A stretch of 64,000 bases of DNA from an uncultured delta proteobacterium (GTDB taxonomy: Bacteria; Myxococcota_A; Polyangia; Haliangiales; Haliangiaceae). Shown piece by piece: positions 29,674 to 41,845 of the stretch (its first letter is position 1; every line of letters starts with the position of its first letter). The translations under genes and the position numbers were made by a program. The notes under the pieces are model-generated. The model was not told the origin of the DNA. It searched no databases and saw nothing but the letters and a program-made list of their open reading frames with translations. The DNA is taken from contig CAWKDB010000010.1 of assembly GCA_963848295.1 (NCBI GenBank), positions 2,656,001 to 2,720,000 of the forward strand. The letters run 5' to 3'.

Positions 29674-31440
29674 GTGACCACTCGAACCATCGCCGTGTCG
29701 TTGCTCAGCCTCGCCGCCGCTTGCAAGCAGGGCGATCCGCCGCTCGCCTGCACCGACAAGCCGCTCGTCGCACCGAGCTCGACGACGTTCGTCGACATCT
29801 CGGAAGCGAGCGGGATCCAGCTCGACAACTTCGTCCCCGGCGCGACGAACATCCCGATCAACGATCATAGCCGGCTCGGCTTCGCCGACATCAACGGCGA
29901 CGGCTGCGATGACATCGTCGCGAGCTCGCTGTTCCCGAACCCGCAGGCGGGCATTCCGTTCACCCACCTCGTGTTCTTGTCGAACTGCGATGGGACGTTC
30001 ACCGACTTCACGCAGGAGTCCGGGCTCGCCGACGTCCAGGCCGGGTTCTTCGCGTTCGGCGATATCGACAACGACGGCGATCAGGACTTGTTCGCCGGCC
30101 TCGACGTCCCGCTGCCGGGCTTGGCGAACTCGATGTGGCTCAACGACGGTCAAGGCCACTTCACGCAGGTCGCGAATTCCGGCGTCGAGGGCGAGCTCGG
30201 CAACACGTCGGCCGGCAACGCGGTGTTCGCCGACTTCGACAACGACGGCAAGCTCGATCTGTTCATCGGCAACGGCCAGACCTCGTACCTGTCGACCGAC
30301 GAGCTTCACCTCGGCAACGGCGACGGCACGTTCCGCGATGCGTCGAGTCGCTTGGCCGGCAACATCGCGAGCCCGTCGAACGGCTCGGTCGCGTGTGACT
30401 ACGACAACGACGGCGATCTCGACATCTTCGTGTCGGTCTACGGCGTGTCGAACGGCGGCGCGCAGAACTTCCTCTATCAGAACGACGGCCACGGCAACTT
30501 CACGAACGTCGCGATGCAGACCGGGTTCGCGAGCCTCGCGACCGGCAACTACTGGATCGCCGACGCCAACTTCGGCAAGTCGCCGGAGCCCGGCGCGACG
30601 CCGCAGACGTACGTCGGTTCGAACGGCTTCGGGCTCGCGTGCGTGGATGTCAACAACGACGGCAACCTCGACGTCGTCGTGTCGGCGATCTCGCATCCCG
30701 GCGGCGACTATTCGCGCGTGTGGTCCGATCCGAGCGTGTTGCTGATGAACAGCGGCGAGGCCGGCGGCTACACGTTCACGAACGTCTGGCTCGATCGCGG
30801 CCTGCCGTACAACGAGGGCGACGTCGACGCCGGCATGGTCGACTTCGACAACGACGGCCTCGTCGACATCTCGCTCTCGCGCACCGACAAGTACGAGTCG
30901 GGGTACACGACCGCGCTCCAGCAGGGCTACATGGGGCTCATGCATCAGAAGCCGGACGGCACGTTCGAGGCGCTCGACACGATGGTCGGGCTCACCGACG
31001 AGAAAGGCGGCCCTGGCATGAAGGCCGCGCAGAATCACGCGTGGGCCGACATCGACGGCGACGGCGATCTCGATCTGCTCGTCGGCGGGCGCGATGAAGG
31101 CGGCGGCCGCGCGAACCGACTGTTCCGCAACGACCTCGGCAATCAGAACCACTGGCTCGCGCTGCGCATGGTCGGCGACGGCGTCGCGGTCAATCGCGAT
31201 GCGATCGGCGCGCGTGTCACGCTCGACTTCGGTACGACCAAGCTCGTCCGCGAGGTCCAAGCGAGCCGCGGCACGTACAACTCGATGGACACGCGCACGC
31301 TTTACTTCGGGCTCGGCGAGCTCGGCTGCGACTTCACCGCCGAGGTCCGGTGGCCCGACGGCACGATCGAGACGTTCAACGCCGATCAGACGCAGGTCGA
31401 TCGGATCGCTACGATCACGTATGGCCAGGGCATCGACTGA
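29674..31440 (+). CDS. FG-GAP/VCBS-repeat lipoprotein with a C-terminal ASPIC/UnbV domain (CRTAC1-like)
   Basis: Repeated D(I/F/Y)DNDGDxD motifs; NRDAIGARV..YFGLG..VRWPDG; lipobox LAAAC after GTG 29674. Confidence 0.88.
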   Translation: MTTRTIAVSLLSLAAACKQGDPPLACTDKPLVAPSSTTFVDISEASGIQLDNFVPGATNIPINDHSRLGFADINGDGCDDIVASSLFPNPQAGIPFTHLVFLSNCDGTFTDFTQESGLADVQAGFFAFGDIDNDGDQDLFAGLDVPLPGLANSMWLNDGQGHFTQVANSGVEGELGNTSAGNAVFADFDNDGKLDLFIGNGQTSYLSTDELHLGNGDGTFRDASSRLAGNIASPSNGSVACDYDNDGDLDIFVSVYGVSNGGAQNFLYQNDGHGNFTNVAMQTGFASLATGNYWIADANFGKSPEPGATPQTYVGSNGFGLACVDVNNDGNLDVVVSAISHPGGDYSRVWSDPSVLLMNSGEAGGYTFTNVWLDRGLPYNEGDVDAGMVDFDNDGLVDISLSRTDKYESGYTTALQQGYMGLMHQKPDGTFEALDTMVGLTDEKGGPGMKAAQNHAWADIDGDGDLDLLVGGRDEGGGRANRLFRNDLGNQNHWLALRMVGDGVAVNRDAIGARVTLDFGTTKLVREVQASRGTYNSMDTRTLYFGLGELGCDFTAEVRWPDGTIETFNADQTQVDRIATITYGQGID

Positions 31441-31494
31441 CTGGGGTGCCTGTCACCGACGTACCGAACCGGACCGTGAGCTCCAGCTCGCCAC

Positions 31495-31616
31495 AAGTTG
31501 ACAAAAGAGACAGCGTCCCCCAAACACGTCCCCCAAACACGCCCAAACACGGCCCAAACACGCAGCCGTAGCTCGGCGACACCGCGCCGCAAAGTGACAA
31601 AAGAGACAGCGTCACC
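31495..31616 (-). repeat. Dispersed REP-like doublet of the RAYT family with internal CCCAAACACG x4
   Basis: Minus-strand GGTGACGCTGTCTCTTTTGTCACTTT (31591-31616) and GGGGGACGCTGTCTCTTTTGTCAACTT (31495-31521). Confidence 0.9.
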
Positions 31617-32126
31617 TTACCGAGCGAATTGCGCGAACGCGTGGAGCTCGAGCGTGAAGTCGTCGCGCCGGGTCGGCGTGGTCAGGGTGATCGTGCGCGC
31701 GTAGCTGTGGAGGGCGCGATCGCTGGTGAGCAGCTCGATCGACTTGCCGACTTCGCGCGGGGTGCCGACCACGATGATCCGGCATTGCATGGAGTGGCAC
31801 TCGGTCGCCTTGATGTTCGACACGGTCTCGAGCCGTTCGGCGAGCGCGATCTGGGTGGTCGAGGCCCAGGCGCGATCGATGGGCTCGGCCTCGAACTTCT
31901 GCTCGGCGGTCGGCCCGGTCGGGAGTGGCGGCGGCGGGTTGTCGGGGAGCGCGGGCCACGGGCGATCGGGGGCGGTGGATGGCTCCCGCGCAACCGGCGG
32001 CGAGACCTCGGGATCCGCCGCGCCGGTCCGAGCGCTGGCGCTCGGGGCCGCGCTGCGCAGCCACCACCAGGCGCCCCCGCCGATCGCGACGATCGCGACG
32101 ACGATCGGCACCGGGCGCGCACTCAT
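31617..32126 (-). CDS. Membrane-anchored hypothetical protein
   Basis: N-terminal TM helix, Pro-rich linker, FEAEPIDRAWA..EC...CR globular domain. Confidence 0.72.
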   Translation of the reverse strand: MSARPVPIVVAIVAIGGGAWWWLRSAAPSASARTGAADPEVSPPVAREPSTAPDRPWPALPDNPPPPLPTGPTAEQKFEAEPIDRAWASTTQIALAERLETVSNIKATECHSMQCRIIVVGTPREVGKSIELLTSDRALHSYARTITLTTPTRRDDFTLELHAFAQFAR

Positions 32127-32147
32127 TCGCGGTAGCGTAGCACCCCG

Positions 32148-34674
<2,527 letters not shown>

Positions 34675-34678
<4 letters not shown>

Positions 34679-35175
34679 AGACGCTGCAAACCGCCTGGAC
34701 CCAGGACGAGCTCGCGGCGAATCGCCGAGGCGAGCTCCTCGCGAGCCAGGTCGCGAAGATCCGCGCGGGCCGGTGGAAGCTCCTCGTCGCGACCGCTGGC
34801 GTGATGTTCGCGGTCGGCATTCCGCTCGCGATGTTCCTGGGCGCCGGCGAGAACCAGCACGCGCTGATGCTGACGATCGGCTACTTCGTCTCGGGACTCG
34901 GCGCCGTGATCTACCTCGGCCGCGCCGCCGGACGCCCGTTCCGCGAGCGCACGCTGATCACGCTGACCGGCGTGCTCGAACGTAGCCCGATCGGCCACCA
35001 GCAGTTCCGCCTCGACGGCCAGCTCGTGCGGCCGCTGTACGCGGGCCTCGAGCGCTTCGTCGGCGCGAACATCGCAGCGTACGTGCTGCCGAAGACGAAG
35101 ATCGTCGTCGCGGTCGAGCCCGCTCAGCTCTCTCAGTCATCCGCTCCCACGCCCGAGAAGTTGAACGCGACGTAG
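34675..35175 (+). CDS. Hypothetical membrane protein
   Basis: ATGA overlap with the PBP1A stop; MKTLQTAWTQDELAANRRGEL; two TM helices. Confidence 0.72.
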
Positions 35176-35540
35176 CCGCCGCTATCGAGCGAGCCGCCGG
35201 CCTCGAGCATCAGCGTCTCGCCGTCGATCACGTCGAGGTTGCCGTTCTCGACCGAGAAAGACAGGTCCGCGATCGCACACGTCTGACCGGGCTCGACCAG
35301 CTCGTAGAACTCGTAGTCGTCGTGGCTCTTGTGGACGTTGTCGATCTCTTGCTCGCCGAGCCGATCGATCGCGAGCGTGCAGCCATCGGTGACATCGAGC
35401 AGCCCGTCGGAGACCGAAACCTCGATCGAGCCGGCGCCGGTCGCGCCGCCGGTGGCGACGAACCAGTAGTCTCCGTGGTAGCTGCCGGATGGTGTCTGCG
35501 GCACGCACGAGGCGACGGCGAGCAGGTAGAGCAAGCGCAT
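35133..35540 (-). CDS. Hypothetical lipoprotein
   Basis: MRLLYLLAVASC lipobox; beta-rich. Confidence 0.7.
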   Translation of the reverse strand: MRLLYLLAVASCVPQTPSGSYHGDYWFVATGGATGAGSIEVSVSDGLLDVTDGCTLAIDRLGEQEIDNVHKSHDDYEFYELVEPGQTCAIADLSFSVENGNLDVIDGETLMLEAGGSLDSGGYVAFNFSGVGADD

Positions 35541-35601
35541 GCTCCAGCTCTAACGCCTTGCGCGCGCTCGACGGATTAGAGCTTCGTTGCGGGGGTTAAG
35601 A

Positions 35602-36072
35602 CTAGCGATCGACCGCGGCGACGCTGTCGCCGGTGAAGTGCGTGACCAGCCCGCTCGTGACCACGACGCGGCCGACCCGCCGCTGCTCGAGCTCCGACAG
35701 ACCGGCGCACAGCGCTCGCCGACTCGCTTCGGGGGCGTGGCCCCGGTCGACGAGCACGACGACCCCGCCGTCGCGGACGACGCGACTCCATTCGCGCAGC
35801 GCGGCTTGCCAGCCATCGTCGGTCGCGAGGTCGACGCCGACCACCGCGGCGAGCGAGTGATCGTCGATCGACGACAGATCGGGCAACGCGCCCGCGACCT
35901 TCTTCGCAGCGCGAATCGATAGACCGACCGGCACGACATCGCACCTCGCGGCGGCGAGGGCCGCGGCGAGCTTGGCGTCGCCGATCACCGCGAGTCGACG
36001 GTCGGCGTCGGCCGACGCGAGCGCTTCGCTGATCGCGGTGACCGCGGGCGCGAGGAACAGACCGCCCAGCAC
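35602..36072 (-). CDS. Degenerate class I SAM-methyltransferase-like protein
   Basis: ALREWSRVVRDGGVVVLVD resembles the LKPGG motif; motif I is degenerate. Confidence 0.55.
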   Translation of the reverse strand: MLGGLFLAPAVTAISEALASADADRRLAVIGDAKLAAALAAARCDVVPVGLSIRAAKKVAGALPDLSSIDDHSLAAVVGVDLATDDGWQAALREWSRVVRDGGVVVLVDRGHAPEASRRALCAGLSELEQRRVGRVVVTSGLVTHFTGDSVAAVDR

Positions 36073-36575
36073 TACTTCATCGACATCGTGCCGAGGTAGT
36101 CGCGCTTGCCGACCTCGACGCCGTTGTGGCGCAGGATCGCGTACGCCATCGTCAGGTGGAACATGAAGTTCGGCTGCGCGTGCTCGATGAAGTAGTCGAG
36201 CCCGCTCATCGCCTTACCTTCCCACCGCGGCAGGCTGATCTTGTGGGTCGCGATGTGCTCGAAGTCCGACGCCTTGAACTCCTCGAGGTACGCGACGACG
36301 GTCGCGATCCGCTTGCGCGTCTCGTCGATCGTCTTCTCGGTGTCGGCGTGCGCTGGCGGCGTCTTGCCCGACGTGCGCGCCGCAGCGTACTTCGCGTTGT
36401 CGCACGCGGACTGGATCTGGAACACGAGCGGCAGCATGTCCGGTGCGAGCCGGAACTGGAGCAACGTGTTCGGGTCGTACTTCTTCGCTTCGGCGTGCGC
36501 GATCGCCTTGCCGAGGAAGGTATCGAGGTTGCCGAGCAGCTTCTTGATCTCGAGCACGAACGGGAAGATGGTCAT
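36072..36575 (-). CDS. DUF1993 family (DinB-like) protein
   Basis: RLAPDMLPLVFQIQSACD and PNFMFHLTMAYAILRHNGVEVGKRDYLG. Confidence 0.9.
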   Translation of the reverse strand: MTIFPFVLEIKKLLGNLDTFLGKAIAHAEAKKYDPNTLLQFRLAPDMLPLVFQIQSACDNAKYAAARTSGKTPPAHADTEKTIDETRKRIATVVAYLEEFKASDFEHIATHKISLPRWEGKAMSGLDYFIEHAQPNFMFHLTMAYAILRHNGVEVGKRDYLGTMSMK

Positions 36576-36607
36576 GGCCGAAGCGGTAGCACGGCCCGAC
36601 CCGGCTG

Positions 36608-37366
36608 TCAGCGATCGCGGAGGTACTCGCAGCGCGGCGCCTGGATCTGCGGCGTCACCCACGAGACGTTCGCGAGCTCGTCGAGCAAGAACCGAAAGTT
36701 CCAGTAGCCGACGACGAAGAAGTCCATCTTGCGCCGGATGATGCCTCCGCCCGTGTCGTCGGCCCGGACGCAGCCGTCGTGGACCGAGCCATCGGGCAGC
36801 ACCATGCCGTCGAACTCCGGAATGTAGAGCGGCTCGCCGATCGGGATGATCCGCTGATCGACCGCGACGGACTTGTACGGGATCAGCGGGCGGGTGCCCG
36901 AGCCGCGGCCGTACGGATACGCGACCGGATCGAGCGATTCGAAGCACGTGCCGTAGCCGAACTTGCATCCGCCGGTCGTGTTGACGACGCGACCATCGGC
37001 CATCACCCCCGAGCCTTCAAGCCGCAACGCCTTCGCGAAGTCCTTGTGGACATGCGCGTAGTAGAACCCCTCCTTGGTATAGATCTCGACCCTCGGCGCG
37101 CGGGGCGGCGGCGGCGGCGGCTTGTTCTTCGGCCAGGTCGGCGGCAACGGCGGGGCGATCGGGTCCTCGAAGCTCTTCTCGTCGGTGAGCCAATAGAACC
37201 GCAGCGCCCAGCCGTAGTCTTGAACGAGCGGATAGCCGCAGCACAGCTTGTCCTTGCCTCGCAGCACGGCTTTGGGCTGAACCGCGACGCCGTCCTTGGC
37301 GAGCTTGCTGTCGTCTGCGTTCGCCGTCGCCGCGATGACGGCCAAGACGAACGCGATCTTCACCAC
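36608..37366 (-). CDS. Secreted 3D (Asp-Asp-Asp, MltA-like) domain protein
   Basis: SVAVDQRIIPIG, ADDTGGGI and MDFFV; signal peptide. Confidence 0.85.
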   Translation of the reverse strand: MVKIAFVLAVIAATANADDSKLAKDGVAVQPKAVLRGKDKLCCGYPLVQDYGWALRFYWLTDEKSFEDPIAPPLPPTWPKNKPPPPPPRAPRVEIYTKEGFYYAHVHKDFAKALRLEGSGVMADGRVVNTTGGCKFGYGTCFESLDPVAYPYGRGSGTRPLIPYKSVAVDQRIIPIGEPLYIPEFDGMVLPDGSVHDGCVRADDTGGGIIRRKMDFFVVGYWNFRFLLDELANVSWVTPQIQAPRCEYLRDR

Positions 37367-37389
37367 GATCTGATCGTACTGTGGAACCG

Positions 37390-39393
37390 ATGTGGGTGCA
37401 CGACCTCGCCGCCGCCGACGCTAGCTGTGGGGGCAAAGCGGTCGGGCTCGCGCGCTTGATCGCCGCGGGCTTGCCGGTGCCGGACGGGTTCGCGATCGAT
37501 GACGCGGCGTTTCGCGCGGTCGCACTGCCATTCGGCCGTGCTGCCGGACGCGCACTGGTCGCGGGCCCGCCGTCGGCGGCCGAGCTGTCGACGCTCGGCC
37601 ACGAGCTCGAGCACGCGGCGCAGGCCGTGGAGACGACCGAGCTCCCCGCGGACTTCGTGCGCGAGGTCGAAGCGCGCGCCGCGGCGCTCGGCGATCGCGT
37701 GATCGTGCGGTCGTCGGCGACGATCGAAGACGGCGAGGCCGGCGCTGCAGCCGGCGTGTTCTCGTCGCGGGTCGTCGCGATCGCGGACTTGTGGCCGGCG
37801 ATTCGCGCGGTGTGGTCGAGCGCGCTCACCCCACTCGCAGCGGCCTATGCGCGCCGGCGCGGTGCGGCGATCGCGATAGGTGTCGTCGTGCAGCGCCATG
37901 TCGCGGGCGAGCCGGTCACGATCTACACGCGCCCGCCGGGCGATCCCACCGGCGGTGATGTGCTCGTGCAACGCGGCTCGCCGCCGACGTTGCTCCGCGT
38001 CCGCCGCGAGAGTACGGATGGAGCCGCCCAGCAATTCGGCGGCGCCGCCGCCGGGGGGCAAGCGCGTGACGTCGAGCTCGCGCTACATGCCGAGCGTGCG
38101 ATCGCGGCACCGAAGGGCGCCGACGTCGAGCTCGTCGGCGAGTGGGTCGTGCAAGCGCGGCCGATCGTGCACCCGAGAGCCAACGTGCTCGTCCCGCCGC
38201 CGGACGGTGTACTCGCGCCGCTACGCGATGGGCGCGTGTGGACGTGGGACATCGCGCACAACCCGGATCCGCTCTCGCCGGCGCAACAAGGCCTCGTCGA
38301 GCGCGTCGCCGCAGCGGCGCACCACGAGCTACGCGTCGTCGCGGGCTATCTGTACTCGACGCCGCGCAGAGTCGCGCCCGTGCCGCAGATCCGCACTCGC
38401 ACCGAGCTCGTCGCGCGCGCCGCCGAGCTCGAAGCCGAGCTCGCGACGATCCTCGCCGGTAAGTCGCGATCGCTTGCCGAGGCGATCGAGCGCTACGTCG
38501 CGTTCTACGCGATCTGGGCCGGTCGGTTGTCGCCGTTGATCGCCGCGGCGGGGCCGCGCAACGCCGAGCTCGGTGCGCGACCGTCTGCGGTCGAGTCGCA
38601 GCTCGCGGCCGCGGCCCGCGGTGAGCTCGCGATCGCGGACGTCGAGACCACGCTCGGCGTGCTCGCCCCGGCCTGGGACGTCGCCGTTCCTACGTTCGGC
38701 GAGCAGCCCGGGGCGATTCGGGCCGCGATCGCGCGCGCCGCGGCGATCCCGAAGCCGCCGCCGCTCGCGGTGGGCTCGCCGGACCTCGAGCTCGCGCGCG
38801 CCGCGGCGGACCTCGCGGAGCGCGACGACACGTGGTTTGCCCGCGCGCAGTGGCTCGTCCGCGAGGCGTTGCTGCGCCGCGCCGACGAGCTCGGGATCGA
38901 TCGCGACGACGCCGCGTGGTTACCGCTCGCCGAGCTCGCCGGGGCGTCCGGCCCGTCTCGCGACGACGCCCACCGCCGCGCTCGAGCCGCTCGCGCTGCC
39001 GCCGATCGCGCCGCGCGCTGGCACATGCCGGTCTCCGTCGGCGCGGTGCCACGGCCGGCTGGCCCGGCGCTGCACGGCGTTGGCGCCGGGCCGCAGGTGA
39101 CTGGTCGCGTGGTGCGATTCGCGTCACTTGCCAGCGCGATCGCGGTCGGCCGTGGCGATGTCGTGGTCACTCGCGCGGTGACGCCAGCGCTCGCGATCTT
39201 TGTCGTCGGCTGCGCCGCGATCGTCAGCGAAACCGGGGGCCTGCTCGATCACGGCGCGGCACTCGCGCGCGAGCTCGGCGTGACTTGCGTCGTCGGCTGC
39301 CGCGATGCGTGGTCGCAACTTGCCGCAGGCGCTGTGGTTACTGTCGACGGTGACGCGGGCTCGATCGACGTCTACTCGGCGTCGTCGTCGTAG
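37390..39393 (+). CDS. PEP-utilising enzyme (ATP-grasp N-terminus, C-terminal phospho-His domain)
   Basis: GGKAVGL, VPDGF, VRSSATIED..AAGVF, VQARPI; C-terminal GGLLDHGAALARELG..VTVDGDAG. Confidence 0.85.
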   Translation: MWVHDLAAADASCGGKAVGLARLIAAGLPVPDGFAIDDAAFRAVALPFGRAAGRALVAGPPSAAELSTLGHELEHAAQAVETTELPADFVREVEARAAALGDRVIVRSSATIEDGEAGAAAGVFSSRVVAIADLWPAIRAVWSSALTPLAAAYARRRGAAIAIGVVVQRHVAGEPVTIYTRPPGDPTGGDVLVQRGSPPTLLRVRRESTDGAAQQFGGAAAGGQARDVELALHAERAIAAPKGADVELVGEWVVQARPIVHPRANVLVPPPDGVLAPLRDGRVWTWDIAHNPDPLSPAQQGLVERVAAAAHHELRVVAGYLYSTPRRVAPVPQIRTRTELVARAAELEAELATILAGKSRSLAEAIERYVAFYAIWAGRLSPLIAAAGPRNAELGARPSAVESQLAAAARGELAIADVETTLGVLAPAWDVAVPTFGEQPGAIRAAIARAAAIPKPPPLAVGSPDLELARAAADLAERDDTWFARAQWLVREALLRRADELGIDRDDAAWLPLAELAGASGPSRDDAHRRARAARAAADRAARWHMPVSVGAVPRPAGPALHGVGAGPQVTGRVVRFASLASAIAVGRGDVVVTRAVTPALAIFVVGCAAIVSETGGLLDHGAALARELGVTCVVGCRDAWSQLAAGAVVTVDGDAGSIDVYSASSS

Positions 39394-39734
39394 TCGGGCT
39401 CGTTCGGGTCGGTGTCGTCGGCCTCGTCGGGCTTGTCAGCCGGCAACGGCGTGCCGAGTCCGGCGTTGACTCGCTCGCGCAAGTCTTTGCCGACCTTGAA
39501 GAAAGGCAACCGCTTCTCGGCGACATGAACCGTCTCGCCGGTGCGCGGGTTACGACCTTCGTAGGCCTTGTACTTGCGTACGGTGAAGCTACCAAAGCCG
39601 CGGATCTCGATACCTTCGCCGCGTTCGAGCGCTTTCACCATCGAGTCAAAGATGGTGTTGACGATCGCCTCCGCCTTACCAGCCGGGAGCTTCAGTGTCT
39701 CGGAGATCTTCTCGATCAGCTCGGACTTGGTCAC
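39372..39734 (-). CDS. ihfB: HU/IHF family DNA-binding protein (IHF-beta-like) with an acidic tail
   Basis: MTKSELIE, IEIRGFGSF, GRNPRTGE and FKVGKDLRERVN. Confidence 0.88.
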   Translation of the reverse strand: MTKSELIEKISETLKLPAGKAEAIVNTIFDSMVKALERGEGIEIRGFGSFTVRKYKAYEGRNPRTGETVHVAEKRLPFFKVGKDLRERVNAGLGTPLPADKPDEADDTDPNEPDYDDDAE

Positions 39735-39817
39735 CCGTAACTCCGCGTAACTAGATACAGGCTAAACAAGCGAGGCCCCTCTGCGCAAGTATAACGCCGC
39801 GAAATCAAACATATGCC

Positions 39818-40669
39818 CTAACCGCCTGTCGATCCCGGCGCCGGGATCGACAGCTCGTCATCCGACTTAAATGCACGATAATTAAGCGGAAAATGATATG
39901 TCTCACAGCGGTGGCGGGCATAGAAGTCGACGAGATCTCTCCAGCCGATCTCACCGCGATCGACCTGGCTTTGGACCGCCTGGGACGCTACCGCCGAGCA
40001 TCTCAGCGCGCCGTCGAGCGTCTGGTGACCGCGCGCGATCCTATCGTCGATGCCGACGAGCTGCGGCGGAACCTGGCGAACGTAGTACGCCTCGAGCGGC
40101 GTTAGCTCGAGGGTCTCGACCTTCGTGATCGCGATCGACATGCCGTCGCGCCACGCACACTCGGTCCTCGTCTGCGATTGGCCTTTCGCGATCACCATCG
40201 CGTCGAACGCGAGCGGACGCGCGGTGTTGCAGACCTGGACCGAGACGCTGGGTTGAGTCACGACCTGATACGCGACCGCGCTCGCGAGCGTGTTGTCGAT
40301 CTGCATGACGAGATCGCCGCCGGTGCGCTCGAGATGAACGCGCAGCCCGGCGAGCTCGATCGGCGGCTGGCCCGGCTCGATCACGTGGCGCGCGTCGTCG
40401 ACGCGATACGCGAGCTTCTTCCGCATGTCCTCGACGGTCGGCGCGCGCACCCCGGCGAGGCCAGCGTCGTGGGCGAGGAAGTCGGCGTACACCACCGGCG
40501 ACGCGGTCGTCTGGTCGAGCAATTGCGCGCTCGTACCAGTCGGCGCCGCAGGCGCGGCGGACTTCGCCGGCAACGACACGCCGCCGCAGAATCGCACGTA
40601 GGACATGACGACCACGAGCGCAGCGCCACCGACCACGACACCGACGCGAAACTGCTGATCGGTCGCCAT
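39818..40669 (-). CDS. Hypothetical membrane-anchored protein
   Basis: N-terminal TM helix, Cys-containing extracytoplasmic domain. Confidence 0.75.
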   Translation of the reverse strand: MATDQQFRVGVVVGGAALVVVMSYVRFCGGVSLPAKSAAPAAPTGTSAQLLDQTTASPVVYADFLAHDAGLAGVRAPTVEDMRKKLAYRVDDARHVIEPGQPPIELAGLRVHLERTGGDLVMQIDNTLASAVAYQVVTQPSVSVQVCNTARPLAFDAMVIAKGQSQTRTECAWRDGMSIAITKVETLELTPLEAYYVRQVPPQLVGIDDRIARGHQTLDGALRCSAVASQAVQSQVDRGEIGWRDLVDFYARHRCETYHFPLNYRAFKSDDELSIPAPGSTGG

Positions 40670-40799
40670 CAGACTTCACCATACACCGGCGCATTGCCAA
40701 CCGCGCGCATGTGCACAAGACGCGCAAGGCAAACACCTCGCATGGTCAGGGGAAACAATTGACACCGTCGGCGGCGGTAGCGCCTAATCGGGCGACGAG

Positions 40800-41714
40800 A
40801 TGCGCGGTGGGAACCGGATCGTTTGGCTCGCTGCGCCGTTTGCGGTGGTGTGCGCGCTGTTGATCCACTCGGTGCCGGCGTACGCCGATCACGTCGCCGA
40901 TCTGAGCCAGCTGCTCCAGAGCTCGAGCGACAAGACCCGGCTGTCGGCGGTGTCGGCGCTGATCCACCTCGGCGACAAGCGCACGCTCAGGCCGCTCGTC
41001 GCCGCACTGCGCGATCCCGACGCGAAGGTCCGCGCGCTCGCCGCCACCGGGCTCGGCCGGCTCGGTCACAAAGCGGCGCTGCCGTCGCTGCGCGGCGCCG
41101 CGGTCGACGACACCGACCCGACCGTTCGAAAACGTGCGCGCGCCGCGGCGATCGCGGTCGCGAAGGCGAACAACCTGCCGAACGAGCTGCCGTCGCTCCA
41201 GCCCGCGACCGATCCGGCGCGCGAGGCGCGTCACTCGACCGTCGGCTTCGGTCACACCGCGCACGCGGTCGAGGATCGGCCGGATCTGTTCGTGCTCGTG
41301 AAGTCGTCGAACGACGACTCGCCCGGCCGCGCCGACAAGGCGACGCGCAAGCAGAACTCCGACATCGTCCAGCAGGTGCTCGTCGATGCGTTCAAGGCGG
41401 CGCCGCAGGTCACGATGGCGCAGGCCGAAGCGGAGCGCTGGGGCCTCGACCCGCGCCACATCGATCTGTCGGTCGTCAAGATGGATGTCGCGACCGACGG
41501 CGGCTACGTCGAGGTCGACTGCGAGCTCAGGCTCGCGATCTCCGACGACACCGGCAAGATGCTCTCGTTCCTATCCGGCGGCGCGAAGGTTCAAGTGCCG
41601 ACGCGCACCTTCAACCCGCGCTTCCTGCCCGGCCTGCGCAAGGAAGCGCTCGAAAACGCGATGAAGGGCATGTTCGACAAGCTCCTCGCGCACCTCCGCC
41701 AGACCCTGGCGTAG
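40800..41714 (+). CDS. Exported HEAT-repeat protein
   Basis: Signal peptide; LRDPDAKVRALAATGLGRLG and DDTDPTVRKRA repeats. Confidence 0.82.
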   Translation: MRGGNRIVWLAAPFAVVCALLIHSVPAYADHVADLSQLLQSSSDKTRLSAVSALIHLGDKRTLRPLVAALRDPDAKVRALAATGLGRLGHKAALPSLRGAAVDDTDPTVRKRARAAAIAVAKANNLPNELPSLQPATDPAREARHSTVGFGHTAHAVEDRPDLFVLVKSSNDDSPGRADKATRKQNSDIVQQVLVDAFKAAPQVTMAQAEAERWGLDPRHIDLSVVKMDVATDGGYVEVDCELRLAISDDTGKMLSFLSGGAKVQVPTRTFNPRFLPGLRKEALENAMKGMFDKLLAHLRQTLA

Positions 41715-41813
41715 GGACGCTGTCTCTATTGTCAACTTGCGGCGCAGTCACGCCGCGCTAACTCGTTGCGATCGCCCAGGAACCGCTGGGGACGCTGTCT
41801 CTATTGTCACCTT
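41714..41813 (+). repeat. Dispersed REP-like doublet of the RAYT family
   Basis: GGGACGCTGTCTCTATTGTCAACTT (41714-41738) and GGGGACGCTGTCTCTATTGTCACCTT (41788-41813). Confidence 0.9.
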
Positions 41814-41845
41814 GCGGTGCCTGGTGGGTCGATCGAACCGGGTTG

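Noticed and set aside
39790..39817. IHF-like site (AATCAAACATATG) upstream of the ihfB-like gene
   Set aside because: It departs from WATCAA-N4-TTR at the 3' end; too weak to call.
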